A stretch of DNA of 64,000 nucleotides from contig DASVHD010000035.1 of NCBI GenBank assembly GCA_036382775.1, positions 28,804 through 92,803 on the forward strand, written 5' to 3'. Below are positions 28,601-38,000 of this stretch, piece after piece. This stretch comes from a bacterium. Its GTDB lineage: Bacteria; Hydrothermota; Tepidihabitantia; SM23-42; JAOAFX01. A program made the position numbers and the translations under genes. Under the pieces are notes generated by a model. That model was not told where the DNA came from. It ran no database searches and saw nothing but the letters and a program-made list of their open reading frames with translations. Numbering within the stretch: position 1 is the stretch's first letter; the number at the start of each line of letters is the position of its first letter.

Positions 28601-28896
28601 CAGCCGATTTTTTGAAAAGTAAAGGCCTGCAGACCATCAGGCTGCACTGGCCCCTGGAGCGTGCCGAGCCCAATACCATGACCTATATCGCGGAGCAAAA
28701 GATCGACCTTGTCATTAACATCCCAAAGAACATCGAAAAACAGGAACTGGAAAACGATTACCTGATCCGAAGACAGGCGGTCGACGCGGATGTTCCGCTG
28801 ATCACCAACCTCCAGCTCGCCAAGAGGTTCGTGGAAGCCATCAGCCGGGTGCCGTTGAGCGAGCTCAAGATCAAAAGCTGGGACGAATACCAGTGA
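25696..28896 (+). CDS. carB: Carbamoyl-phosphate synthase large subunit
   Basis: It is 1066 aa with duplicated ATP-grasp halves (GSGAIRIGQAGEFDYSG; GGGAYRIGSSVEFDWC) and a C-terminal MGS-like domain. Confidence 0.95.
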   Translation: MHVMSRSDTKKVLILGSGAIRIGQAGEFDYSGSQAIKALQEEGIKTVLINPNIATIQTSDYLADKVYFLPLDTYFVTKVIEKEQPDSIMLSFGGQTALNVGIALHDSGVLQKHKIKVLGTPVDAIRNTEDRDLFVKKLKEIDLQTPASSAVSSTAEAVSCARRLGYPVMCRSAYALGGLGSGVAYEQKQLKSLVKRAFAHTNQVLIEEYFGGWKELEYEVVRDCHDNCIVVCSMENIDPMGIHTGESIVVSPVQTLTASENFKLRALAIKVIRHLGIVGECNIQFALDPGSEDYRIIEVNARLSRSSALASKATGYPLAFIASKLALGYSLTELENNITKATAACFEPALDYIVVKYPRWDLQKFKRVTRQIGSEMKSVGEVMAIGRGFEETLQKAIRMLDIGLKGLVCNDLKFPGLTAELRAPTDKRMFAIVEAIRRGFSIDRIYKLTGVDPFFLQKIRAVVTLASRLQKFSTATIPREVLNEAKQKGFSDEQIAELLNSDELTIRKKRKQWGIIPRVKQIDTLAAEYPARTNYLYLTYHGSEDDISFDDKKQIAVLGGGAYRIGSSVEFDWCCVNSVLTLKNLHYRTIMVNCNPETVSTDYDICDKLYFEELSFERVLDIYEKERPLGVIISMGGQIPNNLALPLTRQGVAILGTSPRDIDRAEDRHKFSKLLDELKVAQPAWRELSSIRDAQRFADRVGYPVLVRPSYVLSGAAMSIALSSAELREYLKKASLVTKDHPVVISKFITAAKEIEIDAIARKGEVYCYAISEHVENAGVHSGDATMVLPPQRTYLETMRRIKMVTRNIARALSITGPFNIQFIAKDNDIQVIECNLRASRSFPFVSKVFKINFIDLATRVMLGHDVPRIERSSFDLDYIGVKASQFSFTRLKGSDPVLGVEMVSTGEVACIGDDFNEAFLKSLIAIGFRLPQRSILLSTGAIESKAEFLEYTRLLSNMGFKLYATRGTADFLKSKGLQTIRLHWPLERAEPNTMTYIAEQKIDLVINIPKNIEKQELENDYLIRRQAVDADVPLITNLQLAKRFVEAISRVPLSELKIKSWDEYQ

Positions 28897-28928
28897 TGGC
28901 AATCCGCGCGATCCCCAATATCATGCCC

Positions 28929-28956
28929 TTGACATGATGGTCAGCGTGAATATAAT
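28929..28956 (+). promoter_or_regulatory. Consensus sigma70 promoter for the M6 protease gene
   Basis: TTGACA lies at 28929-28934, followed by a 16-nt spacer and TATAAT at 28951-28956. The SD AAGGGGG precedes the TTG start at 29026. Confidence 0.7.
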
Positions 28957-29025
28957 TTATCTATAAAGTATTATGTTTCTCGCATTGTTTGCATTCCACG
29001 ATCATAAATATTTAAGGGGGTAATT

Positions 29026-32000
29026 TTGAGAAAATTTTTGACGCTTGTCTTGCTGGGTATTTTATGCTTTGGGGAAAGGGTCGTGCTCACAAGAAATGAT
29101 CATACGGGTCAACCCGTACCCGAACCGCCCATCCCGAATCTCCAGCTCAAGATCGAAACCCTGGGAGGTACCCAGACCGGTGCTCCCGGGAAATTCAGGA
29201 ACTTTGACCTGTTCAGGCAGTTCGCCATGAAACCGCCGCTCAAGGGCCGGCAGAACCTTAAAATCCTGGTGCTCAAGGTCGAGTTCGTCGAGGACGATGA
29301 TTCGTCGACCACCGGCAACGGCAAAATGGACCTGGTCGGGTTCGGCACGCCTGACGACGGCTTGTTCTATGATCCGCCGCACACCAAAAGCTATTTCCAG
29401 CACCAGCTGCAGTTCATCAGTAACTATTACAAGGTCAATTCATTCGGGGATTGCGTCGTGGAATACGACGTGAAACCGGACGGTCCGATCAACAATTATC
29501 AGCTGCCCCACAAAATGAAATATTACAGCGGGTTCGAACGCCTTGAGTACGTCGGCGACTTAATCTTCGCGGTCTACAATTCCTACGCCATGGAAATGGG
29601 GATGGTGCGCATCGCCGCCGATGCCATTGCCGCCGCAGACCAGGACGGATCCATTGATTTCTCCCAGTACGACGATATCATAGTTTTCCACGCCGGCACG
29701 CTCTGGCAGATAAGCGCGAACTTTGCCCGGTTCCACGACATCCCTTCGGCGACCATACCGCCGGCGGCTTTTGAATTCTACCTGGGTAAACCTTTCTTTG
29801 TCGTGGACGGTGGCGCGGACACGGTCGAATGCGAAGTCAGCCTTCTATCGGAGATGGCGCGCGTCGAAGACTATATGAATGGTTCGCTCGGCACGGCCAC
29901 CCACGAATTCGGCCATATTCTTGGACTGCCGGATCTATACGATGTTTACTACAATTCAAGCGGCGTGGGCGCGTGGGATCTAATGTGCTTCGGCGGCTGG
30001 GCCGGCAATCCCAGCGTGGGCGCGCCCAGCGGTTCCCTGCCCGTTAACCTGAGCGCCTGGCCGCGGTATTTCATGGGCTGGGTCAACCCGCCGTCATATA
30101 ACACGCCGGAATCATTACTTACGCTGCGGGCGTCCGAGATCGACACGACCCAGTACGGCGTGGTCGGCCAGACCATGATCAAGATCCCGATCTCAGCGAC
30201 CGAATATTACCTCATGGAGAACCGCCAGCAGGACATCAAACAGAAGGACACGATCGTGGTCGATGTTGAAGGCGGAGTGCCGGTCTATATTGACTATGGC
30301 GAATTCGATTTCTTCCTACCCGGCAGCGGTATCCTGGTCTGGCATATCGACGAAAACATCATCGCTGCCAACTACCCATACAACATGCTTCAGATCAACC
30401 CCCATCATAAGGGTGTTGACCTAGAGGAAGCCGACGGCACCCAGCATTTTGACGCCTACTACAATTACGATTCGCTTGAGCAGTACGGCTCTGGTTATGA
30501 CGCATTTTTTATCGACGATTCGGGGAAGGCGAACCACCATTTCGGGCCTTTTACCAACCCCAATTCGGACTCTTATTACGGCAAGTCCCTGACCGATGTT
30601 TTCATCAACTCGCGGCGCGACACGCTGATGAACTTTTCATTGGACTATGACATCTACCAGCCGGGGTTCCCGGTCACGGTGCGCCGGCACCATCAGATCC
30701 TGGCAACAACCTATGGTGATCTTGACCATGACGACAGCCTGGAGATCGTCGTCATCACCAGGAGCGGTTATATCCATACATACCGAAGTACAGGTGTTCC
30801 CATGGATACTGCGCGCTTCTTCGAACCGATAACGACCTTCCCGGCGATCGGCGATATCAACGGGGATTCTGCAGAGGATATCGTTTTCGGATCGAACCTC
30901 AAGCTCTTTGCTCTTGATGGCGCGACGCTCGACACATTGAACGGATTCCCATACCTGGCGCAGGATGGGATCGTGGGAGCTCCGTTATTATTTGACATTA
31001 ATAACGATGGCGCGCTTGAGATCATCTTCGGCAGCATGGACCGCCGGCTTTACTGCCTGGATAAAAACGGCAGCGCAATCGCGCCTTTTCCGATCTTTTT
31101 GAATACCGCCATCCTTTCCACACCCTGCGTCTTTGACAAGGATGCAGGGACGATCGGCCTTTTGGGTTCGGACGGCCGGTTCTGGCTGGTCAACAAACAA
31201 GGCGTGGTCAAGGAATTCACAAATTCCCAGCACAACCTGATCAGCTATTCCTCGCCCGTGAGCGGCGATATGGACCGCGACGGCGAACCGGAAGCCGTGA
31301 TCGTGAACGGCAACGGTACGATCTACATTTACGGCGCGGATAGCTTGGAAGAAAAATTCGAAATTTGGATCGACTCGACCATGTATTACACGCCCGGTCT
31401 GGCCGACCTCGACCACGATGGGTACCTTGAGATCATATCGCCCAACAGCACAAAGACCCTGTTCGTCTGTAACCGCAACGGCACGAGCGAGAACAATTAT
31501 CCCCTGTATACTGAACAGAATATTCAGTACCCGCTGCTGATCGTGGATATCGATTCGACCGACAGCCGGGAAGAGATTTTTTATGGACTGGGGCCGGTTG
31601 ATTCGATCGCCAGCGGCACGCTTGAGATCATCAATGATCTAAAGCAGAAATCGGCGTATTCACCACTCTTTGGCAACGGCGGCTTTTCCTCGCCCGGCGC
31701 GGTGTTTGACCTGGACGGTGACGGTACGCTGGAGATCGCCTGTGCTTCCGATTCCGGCGTGCTTTACGTTTGGGACTTCCCAGCCACCCGATCCTCATGG
31801 CGCGGGTACATGAATACCCCCAAGAACTGGGGCGCGTTTGACGGTCAGCTGGGAGCGATCCCGACCAGTCATGTACTGCTCGGGAACTTCTACATCTATC
31901 CGTCGCCGGTTACGCATCATGGCCGCGTCCGGTTCTATCTGTACCAGAACGCCGACGTGCAGATCGATATCCTTGATATATCGGGCCGCAAGATCGGTGG

Positions 32001-32151
32001 CGTCAAACCAGCGCGCGTCACGGCCAACGAATACAATGAAGTCGAGTTCGATTTCACCAATGAATCGAACGGCATCTACCTGGTCCGGGTCGAGGTCAAT
32101 AGCGGCGGCAAGAAAGAAGTGAAGTTCAAGAAATTCGCGGTGCTTAAATGA
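29026..32151 (+). CDS. Secreted M6 (immune inhibitor A-like) metalloprotease with FG-GAP/VCBS repeats and T9SS-type C-terminal sorting domain
   Basis: It has a signal peptide and the zinc motif HEFGHILGLPDLYD. The Ca-binding FG-GAP repeats include DINGDSAEDIVFG, DINNDGALEIIFG, DLDHDGYLEII and DLDGDGTLEIA. The C-terminal ~80 aa is a beta-sandwich tail (IYPSPV...GIYLVRVEV...KFAVLK). Confidence 0.75.
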   Translation: MRKFLTLVLLGILCFGERVVLTRNDHTGQPVPEPPIPNLQLKIETLGGTQTGAPGKFRNFDLFRQFAMKPPLKGRQNLKILVLKVEFVEDDDSSTTGNGKMDLVGFGTPDDGLFYDPPHTKSYFQHQLQFISNYYKVNSFGDCVVEYDVKPDGPINNYQLPHKMKYYSGFERLEYVGDLIFAVYNSYAMEMGMVRIAADAIAAADQDGSIDFSQYDDIIVFHAGTLWQISANFARFHDIPSATIPPAAFEFYLGKPFFVVDGGADTVECEVSLLSEMARVEDYMNGSLGTATHEFGHILGLPDLYDVYYNSSGVGAWDLMCFGGWAGNPSVGAPSGSLPVNLSAWPRYFMGWVNPPSYNTPESLLTLRASEIDTTQYGVVGQTMIKIPISATEYYLMENRQQDIKQKDTIVVDVEGGVPVYIDYGEFDFFLPGSGILVWHIDENIIAANYPYNMLQINPHHKGVDLEEADGTQHFDAYYNYDSLEQYGSGYDAFFIDDSGKANHHFGPFTNPNSDSYYGKSLTDVFINSRRDTLMNFSLDYDIYQPGFPVTVRRHHQILATTYGDLDHDDSLEIVVITRSGYIHTYRSTGVPMDTARFFEPITTFPAIGDINGDSAEDIVFGSNLKLFALDGATLDTLNGFPYLAQDGIVGAPLLFDINNDGALEIIFGSMDRRLYCLDKNGSAIAPFPIFLNTAILSTPCVFDKDAGTIGLLGSDGRFWLVNKQGVVKEFTNSQHNLISYSSPVSGDMDRDGEPEAVIVNGNGTIYIYGADSLEEKFEIWIDSTMYYTPGLADLDHDGYLEIISPNSTKTLFVCNRNGTSENNYPLYTEQNIQYPLLIVDIDSTDSREEIFYGLGPVDSIASGTLEIINDLKQKSAYSPLFGNGGFSSPGAVFDLDGDGTLEIACASDSGVLYVWDFPATRSSWRGYMNTPKNWGAFDGQLGAIPTSHVLLGNFYIYPSPVTHHGRVRFYLYQNADVQIDILDISGRKIGGVKPARVTANEYNEVEFDFTNESNGIYLVRVEVNSGGKKEVKFKKFAVLK

Positions 32152-32257
32152 ATTGTTGCTTTAGAATCCGGCATCCGTGTTTAGGATTTTTTGTATTAGA
32201 ATTTATTTAGGATTTCGATATTAGGATTTAGAGTTTATCACATTAAGGAGGCATGAA

Positions 32258-32848
32258 ATGCTGCAGATATCACTCATCCTTTTCCAATCAATGAACCCGA
32301 TCCTCGCCTCCGCGATCCTGCCGGGGTGGGGCGAATTATTGACCGGACGGCGCACCGAAGCCCGGGTCTTTTTCATCGTCGAGGGTTCGCTCTGGTCGTC
32401 GTACGTGGGTTTCAATTATTTCGGGCACAAGACCATGTTCTCCTCGCAGGCGTTCGCCGTAGGCCACGCCGGCGCCAACCCCCTGCAGCGCGATGAAGAT
32501 TATTACAACATCATTGAAGACTTCGATTCGTCGGATGACTATAATCTCAAGGTGGAACGCGACGCCAGTTATTATTACCCGAATGACCCGGTAGGGCAGC
32601 AGGAATATATCGCGGAGAACGCTTATTCCGGCGATGATTCCTGGTCATGGGACACGCTCAGCAGCCGTATCAAGTACTGGGAACGCCGGAAGGCCGGCCG
32701 CGAGGACCTGCGCCGCGCCTCTTTCGTGAGCGGTTTTCTGATCATTGACCGCATTGTCTCAGTGATCAACGTGGCGGTCTTCACCAAAACCCCGAACATC
32801 AACCTTGATTCGGAACCAGGGAAGATAGGGATATATTACAAATTCTAA
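32258..32848 (+). CDS. Hypothetical membrane protein
   Basis: It has hydrophobic segments at both ends (ILASAILPGWGELL...; FVSGFLIIDRIVSVINVAVF). An SD (AAGGAGG) lies before the ATG at 32258, and an alternative start is at 32291. Confidence 0.5.
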   Translation: MLQISLILFQSMNPILASAILPGWGELLTGRRTEARVFFIVEGSLWSSYVGFNYFGHKTMFSSQAFAVGHAGANPLQRDEDYYNIIEDFDSSDDYNLKVERDASYYYPNDPVGQQEYIAENAYSGDDSWSWDTLSSRIKYWERRKAGREDLRRASFVSGFLIIDRIVSVINVAVFTKTPNINLDSEPGKIGIYYKF

Positions 32849-33039
32849 GCACGAAATCCTCAATACATGCCATTGTTAATCGTTGTACGTCATAGCAGCC
32901 CGTATCGTTAAACGGCATTGTTATACGGCAAAATAACCCATGCCGAAAAACGAAATACGATACGAGCAGCGATGCCGATTACCGTATAACGAGATGTAAA
33001 TTTGTTTAGGATTTAGAGTTTAGGATTTCGGATTTTCCG

Positions 33040-33789
33040 ATGGATCATACTACAACTAACAGGATCAAGCAAGCCGTTGAGATCCTGCGAACGTCCAATT
33101 CGCTCTTCGTCCTAACCGGTGCCGGCATCTCGGCGGAGAGCGGCATCCCGACGTTTCGGGGCAAGGATGGTTTGTGGAAAAACTATTCGGCGACCGACCT
33201 GGCAACGTCCGAAGCGTTCGGCCGCGACCCCGGCTTGGTCTGGAAATGGTATCACTGGCGTCAGTCCATAATCCTGGACGCGCGGCCCAATCCCGCTCAT
33301 CTCGCCCTGGTCGAACTTGAAAAAAAATTCGGAGATTTCCTGCTGCTCACTCAAAACGTCGACAATCTTCACCGGCAAGCAGGTTCAATGAAGATCCTGG
33401 AGTTGCACGGCAATATATTCCGTGCCCGGTGTCTTGGCTGCGGGAAAACGACCGATCATTCGATCCGGAATGGGGTAGAAAAGCTCCCGACCTGCTTAAG
33501 CTGCGGTGGATCGCTCAGACCCGATATTGTGTGGTTTGGTGAGCCGATCCCTCAAGATATCTGGGAAGAATCGGTTTCGTTCCTGAACCGCTCGGCCGAT
33601 GCGGCATTGATCATCGGTACATCCAGCGTTGTCTGGCCGGCCGCCTTCATACCTGAGATCGCCCGCCAGAACAAAGTGCGTACGATCGAGATCAACCTGG
33701 AACCAACGCCGGTCAGTGATTCGGTCAACGTCGCGCTTTATGGTAAAGCCGGCGAGATCCTGCCAAAAATAACAAAAGCTCTGTTATAG
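33040..33789 (+). CDS. cobB: NAD-dependent protein deacylase, Sir2 family
   Basis: It has GAGISAESGIPTFRG, QNVDNLH and the zinc ribbon CLGC...CLSC. Confidence 0.9.
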   Translation: MDHTTTNRIKQAVEILRTSNSLFVLTGAGISAESGIPTFRGKDGLWKNYSATDLATSEAFGRDPGLVWKWYHWRQSIILDARPNPAHLALVELEKKFGDFLLLTQNVDNLHRQAGSMKILELHGNIFRARCLGCGKTTDHSIRNGVEKLPTCLSCGGSLRPDIVWFGEPIPQDIWEESVSFLNRSADAALIIGTSSVVWPAAFIPEIARQNKVRTIEINLEPTPVSDSVNVALYGKAGEILPKITKALL

Positions 33790-33830
33790 GTCCTATAAGT
33801 CTTATAAGTCCTGTAGGACCTATTCTTTTT
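33786..33830. terminator. Hairpin terminator between convergent cobB and ompA-like genes
   Basis: It has a 9-bp stem, ataggtcct (33786-33794) / aggacctat (33815-33823), followed by tcttttt. The loop contains a duplicated tataagtc. Confidence 0.6.
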
Positions 33831-33831
33831 C

Positions 33832-35439
33832 TTATTTCACCAAGAAGATCTCAACTCTCCGGCTCAATTCCCTCTTTTCCTTTATCTGTTTGGTCTTGGA
33901 GAACGCGAGGGTAGAGATCCTCTCCTTTTCTATGCCGTGAGCTTTCACTAAATAGTCCATGACACTGTTGGCGCGGGCGAGAGAGAGAGTCAGGTTATAG
34001 TCCATATTCCCGGACGGATCGGCGTGACCGCGCAGTTCGCATTTAACCTTGGGATGGATTTTCAAGAATTCGGCAATGGAATCGATCACCGGTTTCTGGT
34101 CATCCCTGATATTGGCGTCGTCAACATCGAAATGGACGATGGCTTCGGGCACGGCGCTGACGACCTCCACGGGCCTGAGCTGGATCGTGTCGAACCGATC
34201 CTGAGTGATCACGTACGGCTGGGTAAAGTAAACGTAGTTCTCTTTGCTGACCTTGACCGTGTACTCACCAGGGATCAGCAGTTCACTGAATGAACCGTCA
34301 AGGTTGGTCTGAGCCTGCGTCATCGTCTTGCCGTCAATGGTCAGGTTTGCCGCATCGACCGCTCCCCCGGTCTGTCCATCAACAACCAGCCCCTTGAAAT
34401 AAACACTGGACCGGTCAAGGAAGAAATTTACGACCGACGCTTCGCCCGGGTCGACGACGACCACGCGGCTCTGCCCATTGTAATTCTCGGATTCCACTCT
34501 CAGCGTGTACACGCCTTTTGGTATGCCCATTAGTTTATACACGCCGTATTCGTCATCCGATGACGCGATCTCAGAGATCTCAATCAATTTAACATACGCT
34601 GGTAGGGGTTCGTTTGTGTTTTTGTCGCGTATCTCGCCGGCAATAACGCCGGTCGGCATTACCTCGCGTTCCTTGATCAGCGACGAGTTAAGGGATACCC
34701 CGACATTGGCGCCCAGCAAACGGTAGTCACTTGTCAGGCCAAGGTCGGCCGCGGCGGTCAGGCTTATTCGGTAGAAGGGGTGAAAACGCAAACCAGGCGT
34801 GAACCGCCAGTTCCAGTCGCGCTCGTGGTTCTTTGTCAATTCCATGAAATAGGTGAACCACTTTGAAGGCAGTTCCCAGGCAAACCCGAAGGTCAAGGGG
34901 AAGTGTTCGGACAATCCTTGCCGGCCAAGCGGCACACCAAGGTTCAGGTGCCACCGGATCGGCATGAGATAGAAATTGTCGCCCATATCATAAGTTGCCA
35001 ATAACTTGGGATACAAGATCAGTCCGTCATTGGAATACGGGTCGCGGCCGATGGGGAGCGTAAGCGCCATGTCCGCGCCCAGGTATGAGTTGTTCATCTT
35101 TTTCAATACGGCCTTTGCCCCGAAATCGATATCGCCGAGGTCGCCGGTAAATTCCGATCCGGTCACAGGTACCTGCGCCTGACCTTCGCCGTGCGCTCGC
35201 CACAGCGTGTACACCTCAAGCCACCGTGTGGATGTATAGGCGATGCCGAGCCGTCCCGACGCATAATCAAACAGGGTATCGTCATAATCATAACGGTATC
35301 CTTCCGCATCCAGATTGATCACGAGTATTGACCTCGCGTCCAGCATCCATTCGATATCCGCGCTTTTGACGCGACAAATGCCCTTTCCTCCAAATGTGGA
35401 GGGGAACGATATGAGGACCATCAACAAACATACGCCCAT
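33832..35439 (-). CDS. OmpA-family outer-membrane protein with carboxypeptidase-regulatory-like Ig domains
   Basis: The C-terminal OmpA peptidoglycan-binding domain has RGHADPSGNMDYNLTLSLARANSV. Two CarboxypepD_reg-like modules lie in the middle (GVYTLRVESENY, GEYTVKVSKENY), and the N-terminus is a beta-barrel-like region. Confidence 0.8.
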   Translation of the reverse strand: MGVCLLMVLISFPSTFGGKGICRVKSADIEWMLDARSILVINLDAEGYRYDYDDTLFDYASGRLGIAYTSTRWLEVYTLWRAHGEGQAQVPVTGSEFTGDLGDIDFGAKAVLKKMNNSYLGADMALTLPIGRDPYSNDGLILYPKLLATYDMGDNFYLMPIRWHLNLGVPLGRQGLSEHFPLTFGFAWELPSKWFTYFMELTKNHERDWNWRFTPGLRFHPFYRISLTAAADLGLTSDYRLLGANVGVSLNSSLIKEREVMPTGVIAGEIRDKNTNEPLPAYVKLIEISEIASSDDEYGVYKLMGIPKGVYTLRVESENYNGQSRVVVVDPGEASVVNFFLDRSSVYFKGLVVDGQTGGAVDAANLTIDGKTMTQAQTNLDGSFSELLIPGEYTVKVSKENYVYFTQPYVITQDRFDTIQLRPVEVVSAVPEAIVHFDVDDANIRDDQKPVIDSIAEFLKIHPKVKCELRGHADPSGNMDYNLTLSLARANSVMDYLVKAHGIEKERISTLAFSKTKQIKEKRELSRRVEIFLVK

Positions 35440-35481
35440 TTATGACCTCCCTTTTATTTTTTTCATTATAGTTTAAGTGAA

Positions 35482-35697
35482 CTATGCTTCCAGCACTTGT
35501 TTTAACAAAGCCTCAGTTTCCTTTGCGTCCTTTTCATCAATGGTGTTGATGGCGAATCCGGCATGGACCATGACATAATCACCCTTTTTCGCTTCTGGTA
35601 CCAGGACCACGGATATGTCCCGCTGCACGCCCATGATCTCCACGACCGCCATCTCGCCGTTTATCTCTTCGATCCTTCCGATAAAAGCTAAACACAT
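35482..35697 (-). CDS. hypC: Hydrogenase maturation chaperone HypC
   Basis: It has the canonical N-terminus MCLA and the motif HAGFAI. The longest ORF (to 35730) adds 11 non-conserved residues, so the start was set at MCL. Confidence 0.85.
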   Translation of the reverse strand: MCLAFIGRIEEINGEMAVVEIMGVQRDISVVLVPEAKKGDYVMVHAGFAINTIDEKDAKETEALLKQVLEA

Positions 35698-35754
35698 GAT
35701 TTTAAATTCCAAATACCAAATAAATGCCAAAACGCAAATTCGAAAACCGACATC

Positions 35755-37986
35755 CTATCTGTTACCATAGATCACCTGACCGTACGAGATGCAGCCGTCA
35801 TTGGTCGGTAAATACTTGTGCAGGTAGACCTTGAAACCAGCCCTTTTCAACACTGACGCCATCATGACAAGCAGGTATCGGTTCTGGAAAACACCGCCGC
35901 TCAATGCTACGCTGTTCATGCCGTATAGTCTACGCAGTTTCCGCGCGATGTCAAGCGAAAACCCTGCGACCGTGTTATGGAACCTGGCTGATATGACCGG
36001 CGCCTTGACCCCGTTCTCAATATCGCTCAGGATCGCTCGTAGCAATGGCGCAACTTTAACCATGATCGTTTCATTCGCGACCAGCTCGTATGGATAGGAT
36101 CCAGCCGCCCCTCTGCCGGCAATATGTTCCAGCCTGATCGCGGCTTCGGCTTCATAGGTTATCTCCTTTTGCAGGCCGAGCATCGCAGAAACGCAATCAA
36201 ACAGCCGGCCCATACTCGATGTCCAGGCAAGATTGTATTTGGTATCGATCATCCGTTCGATCGCGGTCTGCTGGCCGCGTGCCAATTCAGCCAACACGGC
36301 GGGATAGGCCAATCCGTTTTTGTACAAATAAGCCAGAGCGATACGGAACGGTTTTTTTATGCTTTCCTCGCCACCGGGCAAGGGCAGGTATTCCAGGTGT
36401 GCAGCCCTTTGCAGGTCATTCATCGTGCCCACAAAGAACTCACCGCCCCAGATCCTGTTGTCCAGACCGTAACCAGTACCGTCAAAAGCGATGCCGATCG
36501 CCGGCCCTTGAACGTTATTCTCGCCAAGGCAGGCAGCAATATGGGCGATGTGGTGCTGGACGCCGACTTTCCTGCCTTTCAAGCTCTGCGCCACCCTGGT
36601 CGACATATAATCGGGATGAAGGTCATGGATGATAAGGTCGGGCTCAATCTTGAACCACCGTTTGTATTTCCGGATCATTTCCTTAAAAAAATCAAGCGTT
36701 TCGAGATTATCAAGGTCGCCGATATGCGGCGATACATAGGCATCCTTTTTATGCGCAAGGGTAAACGTGTTTTTTAACAACGGGCCCATGGCCAGGGTAG
36801 GTTTGACGCGGAGCGGCAATTGAACAGGCACCGGCACATAACCCCGTGAACGGCGGATAATTGAAAACCCATGGCGCGGCAGGACCAAGCCCACCGAATC
36901 ATCACAGCGGTTGATGATCGCCCGGTCATGCGTGAGGTACCCGGAAACGATCCTGCCCAGTTTCTGTCTGACCTGCTGGTCGTCGATGACAATGGGCTCG
37001 TCCTGGATATTCCCGCTGGTCATTACCAGGTATGGCACGGCCTTAAGCAGCGTGTGATGAACCGGCGCATAGGGCAGCATCACGCCGATATAGGGATTTT
37101 GCGGCGCCACCTCGTCACAAACCAGGCGGTGCCTTTTCTCAAGCAGCACCACGGGCGCGGCCGGAGACACCAGGACCGTCCGTTCCATTTCGTTGACCCG
37201 CGCGATTCCGGGTACATCGCGCAGTGCGGCCATTACCGCGAAGGGTTTTGTCGGGCGATGTTTCAAACGCCGTAGTTTTTGTACGGCATGCCGATTGGTC
37301 GCATCGCAAGCGATGTGAAACCCGCCGATCCCCTTGACCGCGATAATCCGGCCACGCTTCAGAAGTTCCGCCGCCGTAACAATGGGATCGACGGTCTTCA
37401 AGACCTTGCCATTCATGGCATGTATTTCGAAGGCCGGTCCGCAGACATAGCAGCAGTCGGGCTGGGCATGGAACCTGCGATCCCCCATATTCTCGAACTC
37501 GGCTGCGCAGTCAGCGCACATTTTAAAACGTCTCATCGACGTCCGGCTGCGGTCGTACGGCGCGGCCTGGATGATGGCATACCGGGGACCGCAATTAGTA
37601 CAGTTTATGAAAGGGAAATGGTAGCGCCGGTCCGATGGGCGCGAGAATTCTTCGAAGCACTGACGGCACATGGCAATGTCCGGAGAAAGCTGCGTGAACC
37701 CCTGCGCGGCCACGCTTTTGCGGATCTTGAATTCCTTGTCGTGACACAGGGGCAGAATGATCTTCGTGATTTCATCGATCCGCGCGGCCGGCGGCTTGAG
37801 CTCGATCAACCGATCCAGGAATCTCGCCAGAGCGGGCGCCGTTCCCTCGGCTTCGATGTCCACGCCGGCCGTGGTGTTGCGGACAAAACCGGCAAGACCG
37901 AGATCGTGCGCCGTGCGGTACACAAAAGGCCTGAAACCCACGCCCTGGACAATACCCTGGATGTGGATCCTCAGCCTTTTTTTCAT
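35755..37986 (-). CDS. hypF: Carbamoyltransferase HypF
   Basis: It has an acylphosphatase N-terminus (IQGIVQGVGFRPFVYR), two CxxC zinc fingers (CRQC..CTNCGPRY; CADC..CYVCGP), a YrdC-like domain and Kae1-like domains. Confidence 0.93.
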   Translation of the reverse strand: MKKRLRIHIQGIVQGVGFRPFVYRTAHDLGLAGFVRNTTAGVDIEAEGTAPALARFLDRLIELKPPAARIDEITKIILPLCHDKEFKIRKSVAAQGFTQLSPDIAMCRQCFEEFSRPSDRRYHFPFINCTNCGPRYAIIQAAPYDRSRTSMRRFKMCADCAAEFENMGDRRFHAQPDCCYVCGPAFEIHAMNGKVLKTVDPIVTAAELLKRGRIIAVKGIGGFHIACDATNRHAVQKLRRLKHRPTKPFAVMAALRDVPGIARVNEMERTVLVSPAAPVVLLEKRHRLVCDEVAPQNPYIGVMLPYAPVHHTLLKAVPYLVMTSGNIQDEPIVIDDQQVRQKLGRIVSGYLTHDRAIINRCDDSVGLVLPRHGFSIIRRSRGYVPVPVQLPLRVKPTLAMGPLLKNTFTLAHKKDAYVSPHIGDLDNLETLDFFKEMIRKYKRWFKIEPDLIIHDLHPDYMSTRVAQSLKGRKVGVQHHIAHIAACLGENNVQGPAIGIAFDGTGYGLDNRIWGGEFFVGTMNDLQRAAHLEYLPLPGGEESIKKPFRIALAYLYKNGLAYPAVLAELARGQQTAIERMIDTKYNLAWTSSMGRLFDCVSAMLGLQKEITYEAEAAIRLEHIAGRGAAGSYPYELVANETIMVKVAPLLRAILSDIENGVKAPVISARFHNTVAGFSLDIARKLRRLYGMNSVALSGGVFQNRYLLVMMASVLKRAGFKVYLHKYLPTNDGCISYGQVIYGNR

Positions 37987-38000
37987 TGACCAAAATTGTC

